Origin: an uncultured Flavobacteriales bacterium
GTDB taxonomy: Bacteria; Bacteroidota; Bacteroidia; Flavobacteriales_D; CAJJDF01
Assembly: GCA_938009745.1 (NCBI GenBank)
Contig: CALLII010000025.1
Span: 586 to 64,585, forward strand
Direction: 5' to 3'
DNA length: 64,000 nt
Below, one piece after another: positions 8,636-17,363 of the stretch. The position numbers and the translations under genes were made by a program. The notes beneath the pieces are model-generated. The model made no database searches and had not been told where the DNA came from. It saw only the letters and a program-made list of their open reading frames with translations. The stretch's first letter is position 1; each line of letters begins with the position of its first letter.

Positions 8636-11419
8636 ATGAAAAAAATATTATCAGTAGCACTTTTATTCCTGTCAGTTACATTTTATTCTCAAAATGGTAG
8701 AGTAGGAGGTATAGTTGCTGATAGCTCCGAGAATTTACCAATTCCTGGTGCAACAGTTTTTTTAAAAAGCACTACTTTTTCTCAAGGTAAAGCCACAAAC
8801 GACAGAGGAATGTTTTTCTTTGATTCCGTTCCTTTTGGTGAATATACTTTAGTAGTATCTTCAATTGGATATAAAAAAACAGAAAAAAAAATTACTGTAT
8901 CTCAACCAAGAAATTTTTTGGGTAAAATAATAATGAATCCTTCAACTACTAAGCTTGGTGAATTAGCTGTTGAAGATAAAATTCCTTTGGTTGTTATAAA
9001 AGGAGATACCACTGAATACAATGCTGATGCATATAAAACAAATGCAGATGCTTCTACAGGAGATTTAGTTGAAAAAATGCCTGGTATTACTAGTAAAAAT
9101 GGAGAAATATCTGCACAAGGAGAAAAAGTTGAGCAAGTATTAGTAGATGGGAAACCTTATTTTGGAGATGATCCAAAATCTGCAATGAAAAATATCCCAG
9201 CTCGAATTGTGCAAAAAGTGCAAGTATTTGATGATGAGAGTGACGAAGCAAAAGCTACTGGCTTTAAGGATGGTAATACTGTGAAAACGATTAATATCAT
9301 TACCAAGCCAGAATATAGAAATAGTAAGTTTGGTAATGTATATGCTGGTTATGGAACTGATGAAAGATATGATGCAGGAGGAAATTTCAATTTTTTTAAT
9401 GATGACCAAAGAGTATCCGTAGTTGGGTTGTATAATAATGTAAATAAACAGAATTTTTCTGGAGAGGATTTAGTTGGTGTTTCAGCCAGTAATACGGGCA
9501 GAAGAGGACCTGGGAATAGGGGGAATATTAGTCAGAGTACTAACAACTTTATGGTTCCACAGCAAAATGGAATAGCAAAGTCTACTGCATTTGGAATTAA
9601 TTATCAAGATACCTGGGGTAAAAAAACAGATGTTATTGGGAGTTACTTTTATAATAACACTAAAACTGATGCTTTTGAAAATACGCTTCAAACCTATTTT
9701 TCTTCCTCGGAGGATAACCAACTTTTCAACCAGACTGATTCTTCATTTACTGAGAATGCTAATAGAAAAATGACTTTACAAGTGAAACATAAGTTCAGTA
9801 AAACTGATGAACTTACTTTTAGAACTAGAGTTAGTTTACAAGATAATTTTGGAGAATCATTTAATTTTTCAAATACATCATTAGGTTCTAATACCCTTAA
9901 TAGTACAAATGCAGATTTTAATTCTAATTTATTAGGGTATAATTTAAATTCTAAATTATTCTATAACCATAGATTTAAGAAAAGAGGAAGATCAATATTC
10001 TTTCAAGTAGAGAATACTTTGTTCGGAAATGATGGAGTTAGTAACTTGTTTTCTATTCAAGAAAACAGAGCATCTATGATAGATACTCTAGACCAATTTT
10101 CTAATTTATTGGTGAATACTGTTAGCTATGAAGGAAGGATAAGATATACTGAGCCACTAGGAAAAGGAGGATTAATGTTTGATGCTAATATTGAAAAGAC
10201 TGAGAGTATAACTGATAATAAAACATTTGGCTTCTCTCAATTAGATCAATCCTATTCATTATTAACTCCAGAATTTTCTTCTCAATTCGAATCTGATATT
10301 CTTAACCAATCCTACTCAGTAGGGTACAGGTTTTTTAGCAAAAAAATATTCACTTTTATAAGAGCTCAATACCAAATTACTGATTTAAAAACTTCTACAG
10401 TATTCCCAAATACAGATAATACGAGTAATTTATATCAAAATATTTTACCCTTTGCAATGTTTAAGTATACCATCTCAAAGAGTAAAAATGTTTTTGTAAT
10501 GTACAGGAGTTATACAAGAAACCCACAAGTAACTCAGCTCCAAAATTTCCTAGATAATTCTAATCCAATAAGCTTAAGGATAGGAAATAATAATTTGCAG
10601 CAAGCACAGTACAACATGATTACTGCCCGTTATATTAATGCAAATACTGATAAAGCTACTACCTTTTTTATCACAGGTAGATTTACTTTTTCTAATGATT
10701 ATATAGGAGCTAGTTCAGATTTTTATTCAAACGATACAACTATAAGAGGAGTTAATTTAGAAAGTGGAAAAATACTAAATAGTTATACTAACTTAAGTGG
10801 TTATAGAACAGCATCAACTTACTTATCCTATGGATTTCCAATAAGTAAAATAAAGAGTAATATGAATTTAGATGGCTCTGTTACCTACATACGAACTCCA
10901 TCTAGAGTTAACTCTATTGATAATCTGGTTAACGGAATGGAGTATGAGGTTGGAGCTAAATTAAGTAGCAATATAAGCGAAAAGATAGATTTCTTGTTAT
11001 CAGCAAGAGCCTCTTTAAATGATTTTCAAAACTCGAACGGAGGTGGTAATTCAACCTTTTTAACTCAAGAGTTTCGTGCAAAAGCTACATTAACATTCAC
11101 TAGAGAGTTTATTTTCAGAACACAAGCTACCTATCAAGTTAATACCGGATTCTCTGATGAATTGAATGTAGATTTCTTATTATGGAATGCATCAATAGCC
11201 AAGAAAATATTTAAAAATAAAAAAGGAGAGATAAGCTTGTCTGTTTTTGATGCATTAAGACAGAATAATTTATTGGATGTTTCTACTAACGAAACTTATA
11301 TTGAACAAATTAAATCTCGTTCACTTCAAAGATATGGTATGGTAACTTTTACTTATACATTTAGCCAATTTAAAAAACAGGATAAAGATCCAATGGATCA
11401 ATTTTACCGCAGAAGATAA
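8636..11419 (+). CDS. Outer-membrane beta-barrel family protein (TonB-dependent-receptor-like) with an N-terminal carboxypeptidase-regulatory-like domain
   Basis: Signal peptide. GRVGGIVADSSENLPIPGATVFLK...YTLVVSSIGYK is CarbopepD_reg-like. VEKMPGITSKNGEISAQGEKVEQVLVDGKPYFG is plug-like. A long strand-rich C-terminus ends in YGMVTFTYTF. Confidence 0.75.
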   Translation: MKKILSVALLFLSVTFYSQNGRVGGIVADSSENLPIPGATVFLKSTTFSQGKATNDRGMFFFDSVPFGEYTLVVSSIGYKKTEKKITVSQPRNFLGKIIMNPSTTKLGELAVEDKIPLVVIKGDTTEYNADAYKTNADASTGDLVEKMPGITSKNGEISAQGEKVEQVLVDGKPYFGDDPKSAMKNIPARIVQKVQVFDDESDEAKATGFKDGNTVKTINIITKPEYRNSKFGNVYAGYGTDERYDAGGNFNFFNDDQRVSVVGLYNNVNKQNFSGEDLVGVSASNTGRRGPGNRGNISQSTNNFMVPQQNGIAKSTAFGINYQDTWGKKTDVIGSYFYNNTKTDAFENTLQTYFSSSEDNQLFNQTDSSFTENANRKMTLQVKHKFSKTDELTFRTRVSLQDNFGESFNFSNTSLGSNTLNSTNADFNSNLLGYNLNSKLFYNHRFKKRGRSIFFQVENTLFGNDGVSNLFSIQENRASMIDTLDQFSNLLVNTVSYEGRIRYTEPLGKGGLMFDANIEKTESITDNKTFGFSQLDQSYSLLTPEFSSQFESDILNQSYSVGYRFFSKKIFTFIRAQYQITDLKTSTVFPNTDNTSNLYQNILPFAMFKYTISKSKNVFVMYRSYTRNPQVTQLQNFLDNSNPISLRIGNNNLQQAQYNMITARYINANTDKATTFFITGRFTFSNDYIGASSDFYSNDTTIRGVNLESGKILNSYTNLSGYRTASTYLSYGFPISKIKSNMNLDGSVTYIRTPSRVNSIDNLVNGMEYEVGAKLSSNISEKIDFLLSARASLNDFQNSNGGGNSTFLTQEFRAKATLTFTREFIFRTQATYQVNTGFSDELNVDFLLWNASIAKKIFKNKKGEISLSVFDALRQNNLLDVSTNETYIEQIKSRSLQRYGMVTFTYTFSQFKKQDKDPMDQFYRRR

Positions 11420-11429
11420 TTTTATTACC

Positions 11430-11437
11430 TAACTTTG
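11430..11437 (+). promoter_or_regulatory. TAnnTTTG -7 promoter motif (TAACTTTG)
   Basis: Perfect consensus, 20 nt upstream of the ATG at 11458. Confidence 0.4.
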
Positions 11438-11457
11438 TATTATAAATTATTCATAAG

Positions 11458-11667
11458 ATGAAATTAGCAATATTAGCCATAGGATTATTAGGAATAGGAA
11501 TAGCTGGAATGGCTATTAAAATGTTTTTTGGTAAAGGATATTTAGAAAAATCTTGTGCTTCGGCAAGTAGATTGTTTGATGAAGACAGTGATGGGAGTTG
11601 CAAGTTTTGTGGAGCAACAGAAGACGAAAAGTGTAAAAGTGATGAAATGCCTATTGCTGGTCAATAA
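11458..11667 (+). CDS. Hypothetical small membrane protein with a Cys-containing tail
   Basis: 69 aa. One TM helix (LAILAIGLLGIGIAGMAI), then C-x13-CKFC-x8-C. A candidate promoter lies directly upstream. Confidence 0.45.
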   Translation: MKLAILAIGLLGIGIAGMAIKMFFGKGYLEKSCASASRLFDEDSDGSCKFCGATEDEKCKSDEMPIAGQ

Positions 11668-12403
11668 TCTGAGCCACTACTTCAGTTGTTTCTTCTAGAA
11701 ATTCTTCCTGAGGAATTTCGAAACCTACAAACAGGATATAAAGTCCTACACCTAACATAATCAGCCCAATACTTATACCAATAACTTGTAAAACTTTAGG
11801 TTTGATGTATTTCTGTAATCTACTTGCGAAGTATATTTTTAAAATATCTACTGCAAACATCATCCCTAATGTGGCAGTAAAGAATATGATAATCCCTTGA
11901 TTATCCAAGTGAAGTTTTTTGATACTTGATGTGCAAACTACTATCCAAAAAACTAATACAGAAGGGTTTAAAGAGTTAAGCGCAATCCCTTTCATAAGGT
12001 TTCCGATATAGTTTACTTTAATTCGATCAGGAATATTAAGCGACTCGAGATTGTCTAGTAATTCCTCATCTTCATCATTTTGACATTCTTCGTCACAATC
12101 GTTAAAATCTACTTTGGGTGGTTTTAGATTTTTGATGATTGAAAAAATACCAAAAAGAATGAAAATTGCTCCAAAAATATAGTTTATCCAACTGTATTTA
12201 TTTAAATATTCTAGTGCTTTAGATGCGCTAAAAAGGGCTAAGAACAAATATATTAGGTCACTTAACAATACACCAACCTCCATTAACATGGCAGCTTTAA
12301 AACCTTTTCTTAAACTAGTATTAATAAGCTCAAAAAAGACAGGTCCTAGAGAAAAACTAAGGATAAATCCAAGAATAAGTGCTGTGGTTATAATATCAAA
12401 CAT
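11651..12403 (-). CDS. LysE/RhtB-family amino-acid exporter with an acidic loop insertion
   Basis: N-terminal GFILSFSLGPVFFELINTSLRKGFKAA is typical of the LysE family. About 6 TM segments. Central DFNDCDEECQNDEDEELLDNLE loop. Overlaps the upstream GH3 gene by 8 nt. Confidence 0.7.
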   Translation of the reverse strand: MFDIITTALILGFILSFSLGPVFFELINTSLRKGFKAAMLMEVGVLLSDLIYLFLALFSASKALEYLNKYSWINYIFGAIFILFGIFSIIKNLKPPKVDFNDCDEECQNDEDEELLDNLESLNIPDRIKVNYIGNLMKGIALNSLNPSVLVFWIVVCTSSIKKLHLDNQGIIIFFTATLGMMFAVDILKIYFASRLQKYIKPKVLQVIGISIGLIMLGVGLYILFVGFEIPQEEFLEETTEVVAQIIDQQ

Positions 12404-13928
12404 CAGGTAAATTTAGGAATTTTTCCCATTTGTTGTGGAGCTCACCTTTTATAACTCTAGGAAATTTTATTTGTGCACCCTTTTTACCAATTTCGTCTAA
12501 AAAGTTATAGAACTTTTCAACCGGTACTTTTTCAATGAAAATTTCTTTAAGTGCTGAAGTTCTCTCAGTTGCATAATCATCATTGAGTTTACACAATTCC
12601 TCGTCAAGGGTATTTTTAAACTCAATGGTATCAAATTCATCATTGGTTCCAATAAACCATTTGTGAGCAAATAGGTTTTCGTAGGCAAACGCAGTTACTG
12701 TGAACTCGGGAACTTTTACATAAAGTTTTGAGCAAGTAGTTTCCAGTGCCTGATTCATATTATCCACAGAAAGGTGTTCTCCACAAATTGTTAAATAGTG
12801 TTTTGTTCTACCAGTAATTTTTATCTCACATTTTTCTTTATTTATAAATTGAATGGTATCTCCAATCATGTATCTCCATGAGCCAGCACAAGTTGTAAGT
12901 AGAATTGCATAGTTCACATTCTCTTCAATTTTATCTATGCCAATAATCTCTGGGTAGCTTACCAAGTCACCTTCTTGATTAAAATTATCTTCATTAAAGG
13001 GTATAAACTCAAAGAATATTCCATTGTTAAGCATAAGTTTTAACGGAGTTCCTCCACCCTTGCTGATGGCCATAAAGCCCTCTGAGGCTAAATAGGTTTC
13101 CATATACTCTATTGGTTGACCTAAAAGTTTTTCAAAATTTTCTTTGTAGGGACCAAAAGCAACTCCACCATGAACAAGTACTCTAAAGTTTGGCCACAAT
13201 TCATGAATATTGTTTAACTCGTATCTTTTTATAATTTTTTCAATTAATATTTGAATCCAAGAGGGGATTCCTGCAATAATTCCAATATTCCATGTTGGCG
13301 CTTGCTCCACCATTCTTTCAATTTTTTCATCCCAATCTCTTAAGTCTGTAATTTCCTTTTCTGGTTTGTAAATTACATTCATAACACTGGGTAGATTAGC
13401 GTTTATAATACCGCTCAAATCACCTTCTTTTCTTTTATCTACTTTTACTAATGAGGTAGAGCCTCCGACACCTAAAATAAACGTATCAAAAAACTCTTTA
13501 GGAAATTCGAAATTATTGAGATATTGAATTTGCTTGAGACTAGCTCTTCTAATTTTTCTTAGTAATGATCGAGATACGGGAATTTGTTTGCTAGGGCTTC
13601 CAGATGTTCCTGAACTTAATGCGAATCGATTAATTTTTCCAGGCCAAGCAACATCTTCTTTACCTTCAACAGTTTTGTGCCACCATTTTTTGTACATCAA
13701 CTCGTAATCATGAATCGGAACAAATCTTTGAAAGGTAGCTTGAGGGTCATCAGAATTTAATATTTTGTGGAAACGATAAGCTTTACCAAATTCAGTATCC
13801 TTGGCTCTTCTAAGTAGTCTCTTAAGAGTTCTGGCTTGGAGTTGAACAGGACTTTTGGTCTCGTTTTTCATTCCAATTTTAGTTGTTCTTTTAAGAACAC
13901 TTTGAAGTATATTTCCTTTTACAGCCAA
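12396..13928 (-). CDS. GH3 (auxin-responsive-promoter) family adenylating enzyme homolog
   Basis: 510 aa. FALSSGTSGSPSKQIPV (AMP-binding-like P-loop), YLASEGF, and RYMIGDTI...ITGRTKHY are characteristic of bacterial GH3-family proteins. Confidence 0.8.
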   Translation of the reverse strand: MAVKGNILQSVLKRTTKIGMKNETKSPVQLQARTLKRLLRRAKDTEFGKAYRFHKILNSDDPQATFQRFVPIHDYELMYKKWWHKTVEGKEDVAWPGKINRFALSSGTSGSPSKQIPVSRSLLRKIRRASLKQIQYLNNFEFPKEFFDTFILGVGGSTSLVKVDKRKEGDLSGIINANLPSVMNVIYKPEKEITDLRDWDEKIERMVEQAPTWNIGIIAGIPSWIQILIEKIIKRYELNNIHELWPNFRVLVHGGVAFGPYKENFEKLLGQPIEYMETYLASEGFMAISKGGGTPLKLMLNNGIFFEFIPFNEDNFNQEGDLVSYPEIIGIDKIEENVNYAILLTTCAGSWRYMIGDTIQFINKEKCEIKITGRTKHYLTICGEHLSVDNMNQALETTCSKLYVKVPEFTVTAFAYENLFAHKWFIGTNDEFDTIEFKNTLDEELCKLNDDYATERTSALKEIFIEKVPVEKFYNFLDEIGKKGAQIKFPRVIKGELHNKWEKFLNLPDV

Positions 13929-14002
13929 TAGATTTTTTTAATATTGTTAAGGTAAATATACTATTACCAAACCGATTTTCAAATTGAAAGTCCTTGCAAA
14001 AA

Positions 14003-14038
14003 AGCACAAAAAAAACCTTGAATGAAATTCAAGGTTTT
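14003..14038 (-). terminator. Rho-independent terminator (minus strand) after the 14047-14628 gene
   Basis: Minus strand reads AAAACCTTGAA-TTTCA-TTCAAGGTTTTTTTT. The 9-bp stem is followed by a T run. Confidence 0.7.
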
Positions 14039-14046
14039 AAATATTT

Positions 14047-14628
14047 TTATTTTGTTATTTCTTTACCGCCATCTAATCTATCTTGTAACTCTTTCAAGTC
14101 TTTCCATTTTCCTTCAAAAGCTAAACCTGCTTGGCGGGGCCAAGTTCCTGGGACATGAAATAAGAAACGATCTCCTCCATCTTTTAATATTTTTAATAGT
14201 CTTGATTCAGGAGCTTTAGATAGTTGCTCCCAAGAAGTAATCCCATCATTATTAAGCAACTCTTCTATTTTAGGTCCAATTCCTTCTACTATTTTTAAAT
14301 CATTGTGCTTAACTGTTTTTCCTATTGCTAGTTTTGCAGCAGAAGCATCAAAAGAAGTTTTCGTTCTATCTACTGGAGTTACAGTGCTAGCAACCGATAC
14401 TTTAGGTTTAACATAAGAGCTAGAAAATGAAGTAGTATCATTATTTTTATTTGATGAATCTATTTCTTTCTTTAATTCTTCATTGTTTTTATGGCATGCG
14501 TCTAATGAAGCTTCTAATGCTTTCTGTCTTTTGCTTTTTGATAATTTTCCAATTAAATAACCTAAAATAGCAGCTACAATTGTTGCTAATAGGATGAAAA
14601 ATAAATCCGAATAAAATCTTTCTGTCAT
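14047..14628 (-). CDS. Membrane-anchored protein with a C-terminal helix-hairpin-helix-like module
   Basis: N-terminal TM helix, a coiled segment, an S/T-rich linker, then DLKIVEGIGPKIEELLNNDGITSWEQLSKA plus GTWPRQAGLAFEGKWKDLKELQDRLDGG. The family assignment is tentative. Confidence 0.6.
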   Translation of the reverse strand: MTERFYSDLFFILLATIVAAILGYLIGKLSKSKRQKALEASLDACHKNNEELKKEIDSSNKNNDTTSFSSSYVKPKVSVASTVTPVDRTKTSFDASAAKLAIGKTVKHNDLKIVEGIGPKIEELLNNDGITSWEQLSKAPESRLLKILKDGGDRFLFHVPGTWPRQAGLAFEGKWKDLKELQDRLDGGKEITK

Positions 14629-14636
14629 GATAGTTA

Positions 14637-15650
14637 TTATTTGATAAATTTAAATGTAATTCTTCTGTTTTTTGCTTTAGCCATATCAGACCCACTATAA
14701 TCTACAAGTTGAGAATCTCCTCTACCTCTGATTTTAAGATTTTCTCTTTTTAAACCGTATTTCTTAATTAGATATGCTCTCATAGACCTTGCTCTAGCTT
14801 CACTTATTTTTTTATTGTCATAGCTATTAGATCCATCATCTGAGTGCCCAGAAATTTCAATTATTCCGTCAGGATTTTGACCAAAGTATTTTTTTAAGTT
14901 TCTAAAATACGCATCTAAATCATCTGTTATATTTGGTTCAATATCAAATCCAGATGGAGGATAATAAACCATCTGAGAACGCTTTGCTTTACTAAGTACT
15001 CTACTATCCACTTTTTTAGTAGAGGAGAAAGTCTTGGTAGCTTCTTCTTTTGTTGGCTCTTCACTTATATTATTAGATGATTCTGTTACAATATTACTTT
15101 CGTCAATTGTAGTTTTATTTATTTCAAAGTCAAATTCAACTCCACCTTCAGTTCTGTTAGTTAATGAATTAATGCTCAATTCATCTACTTTCTTAGTTGA
15201 TGTAGATATTCTTGAAGCTTCCATTCCATAGTTTGTGATGAAAAAGTCAGATAAACTATTAGCTCTAGCTAATCCAATTTCATTTCCTTCATTTTCAGTG
15301 TAAGCTCCAGTTAACAGTAAGTTTTTGTTTTCGTTATTAGAAAGGTACTCTTGAATAGCTGCAAAGTTTTTAGTTAATGAGTCGGGAACAGATAAATCTG
15401 ATTTTCCAGCACTAAAACTAATGTTTGCTGAACTCTCTAAATTAAATACATCACCATCATTAATACTAAAGTCTCTGTTGGTAGTTATTTTTTCTTTTTC
15501 TATGGTATCTTCAGAAGAGGTCTCATCTGAAGTTAATTCAATAGGGTTTTTACAATTATTTCTCATTTTGCAAACAAACCAATAACTTATTCCTGCAATC
15601 CATCCTAGTAAAAGAATAAATAGGATACTTGAAACAACTTTATTATTCAT
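14637..15650 (-). CDS. OmpA-family peptidoglycan-binding protein with an N-terminal membrane anchor
   Basis: C-terminal ISGHSDDGSNSYDNKKISEARARSMRAYLIKK...NRRITFKF is OmpA_C-like. N-terminal TM helix. Confidence 0.75.
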   Translation of the reverse strand: MNNKVVSSILFILLLGWIAGISYWFVCKMRNNCKNPIELTSDETSSEDTIEKEKITTNRDFSINDGDVFNLESSANISFSAGKSDLSVPDSLTKNFAAIQEYLSNNENKNLLLTGAYTENEGNEIGLARANSLSDFFITNYGMEASRISTSTKKVDELSINSLTNRTEGGVEFDFEINKTTIDESNIVTESSNNISEEPTKEEATKTFSSTKKVDSRVLSKAKRSQMVYYPPSGFDIEPNITDDLDAYFRNLKKYFGQNPDGIIEISGHSDDGSNSYDNKKISEARARSMRAYLIKKYGLKRENLKIRGRGDSQLVDYSGSDMAKAKNRRITFKFIK

Positions 15651-15687
15651 ATTTTTTATTTTTGTTCTGTAATGTTATGGCAATGGT

Positions 15688-15715
15688 ACGTGTAGTCCAA
15701 AAAAAAGTTACACGT
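15688..15715. promoter_or_regulatory. Inverted repeat ACGTGTA-N14-TACACGT in the divergent ompA-like/nhaC intergenic region
   Basis: Perfect 7-bp arms that are GC-richer than the AT-rich surroundings. The spacer is A8-rich. Candidate operator site or hairpin. Confidence 0.3.
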
Positions 15716-15746
15716 TCTCAATAAGTTGCTTATATTAACCTTTTAA

Positions 15747-17363
15747 ATGCACTTTATGACTAACAAAATTAACTTGTGGCAATCTTTTTTGCCTCTTGTA
15801 ATTCTTATTTCTTTATTAGCTTATAATATTCTTGAAAAAGAATCTGAATGGTTTGGAACATATTCAAATCAATATATTTTATTAACGGCTGGCTTTGTAG
15901 CTCTTATAATAGGTTTTTTTCTTAAAGTAAGAATAAGAAAGATTATTGCAGAAGTAATCGAAAATTTGAAGAGTGTTATTACTCCAATTTTAATTTTGAC
16001 TCTTGTAGGTGCTTTGGCAGGATCATGGTTAGTTAGCGGAATAATTCCAGCAATGGTTTATTACGGTCTTCAAATATTAAACCCAGATATATTTTTACCT
16101 GCTTGTGTTGTAATTTCAGCTATTATTTCTGTAGCAACTGGTAGCTCGTGGACAACAACTGCAACTGTTGGTATTGCTTTAATTGCTATAGGTTCGGCAA
16201 TGGGTATTTCAGTTGGAATGATTGCAGGTGCTGTAATTTCGGGAGCTTATTTTGGAGATAAAATGTCACCTTTAAGTGATACTACTAATTTAGCGCCAGC
16301 TATGGCCGGTACAGATTTGTTTACTCATATTAGGTACATGTCTTATACCACAATTCCTAGTATTGTAATTACTCTTATTTTTTTTAGTATACTAAATTTT
16401 TCAATTGATGCTGCTGGTAATACCGATTCTTCATTAATTAGTGAAACCATAAAATCTACTTTCAATATTACACCCTGGTTATTCTTAGTTCCTTTACTAG
16501 TAGTAATACTAATTATTTTTAAAGTTAAGCCAGTTTTCTCTCTCCTTTCTGGGATTGGGTTAGCTATAATTTTCTCTGTAATTTTTCAACCTCAAGTATT
16601 ATCAAAAATATCGGATAATAGTTTTAAATCTATATCTCAGGCTATTATTACGGATGTTGAAGTGCCTTTTTCTAACGAAAAGTATCTAGCTAAATTTAAT
16701 TCTACCGAACTAAAACAATTAAAAGATTTAGAGTACACTAAATTAATTTTTATTGAAGACGATTTAAAAGCAACTTTTAATTCTGATTCTTTAATAAATA
16801 AATTTAATACATTAAACATTCCTGTAAATAAGATTGATAATTTAAATGATATTATTACTCTTAAGAGACTAAAAAAACTAATGAAATCTGATGGTATTCT
16901 GGGAATGAAATGGACTATTTTTCTAATTCTTTCTGCAATGGTATTTGGAGGAATTATGGATGGAATAGGAGCTTTATCCAAAATCACGTCTGAATTATTG
17001 AAAATTTCAACCACAATTTTTGGTTTATTTGCAAGTACGGTAGCAAGTTGTCTTGGTTTAAATGCTATTGCATCTGACCAATACTTAGCTATTGTTATTC
17101 CTGGTAAAATGTTCCGAAAAGCATACGAAGATAGAGGGTTGGCTCCTGAGAACTTAAGTAGAACTCTGGAAGATTCAGGAACGGTAACATCAGTTTTAGT
17201 TCCATGGAATACCTGTGGAGCGTATCAATCTCAAGTTTTAGGAGTAGGAGTAGGTGAATTTTTTATTTATGCAGTTTTCAATTGGCTAAGCCCTTTTGTA
17301 ACCTTATTCTTCGCTTACTTCAGAATTAAAATAAAAATGATTGGAGATCAGTCTATCAAATAA
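15747..17363 (+). CDS. nhaC: Na+/H+ antiporter, NhaC family, with a central hydrophilic insertion
   Basis: Multi-TM protein. GSSWTTTATVGIALIAIG, GAYFGDKMSPLSDTTNLA and LEDSGTVTSVLVPWNTCGAY are NhaC signatures. The start may instead be the ATG at 15756 (MTNK). Confidence 0.8.
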   Translation: MHFMTNKINLWQSFLPLVILISLLAYNILEKESEWFGTYSNQYILLTAGFVALIIGFFLKVRIRKIIAEVIENLKSVITPILILTLVGALAGSWLVSGIIPAMVYYGLQILNPDIFLPACVVISAIISVATGSSWTTTATVGIALIAIGSAMGISVGMIAGAVISGAYFGDKMSPLSDTTNLAPAMAGTDLFTHIRYMSYTTIPSIVITLIFFSILNFSIDAAGNTDSSLISETIKSTFNITPWLFLVPLLVVILIIFKVKPVFSLLSGIGLAIIFSVIFQPQVLSKISDNSFKSISQAIITDVEVPFSNEKYLAKFNSTELKQLKDLEYTKLIFIEDDLKATFNSDSLINKFNTLNIPVNKIDNLNDIITLKRLKKLMKSDGILGMKWTIFLILSAMVFGGIMDGIGALSKITSELLKISTTIFGLFASTVASCLGLNAIASDQYLAIVIPGKMFRKAYEDRGLAPENLSRTLEDSGTVTSVLVPWNTCGAYQSQVLGVGVGEFFIYAVFNWLSPFVTLFFAYFRIKIKMIGDQSIK

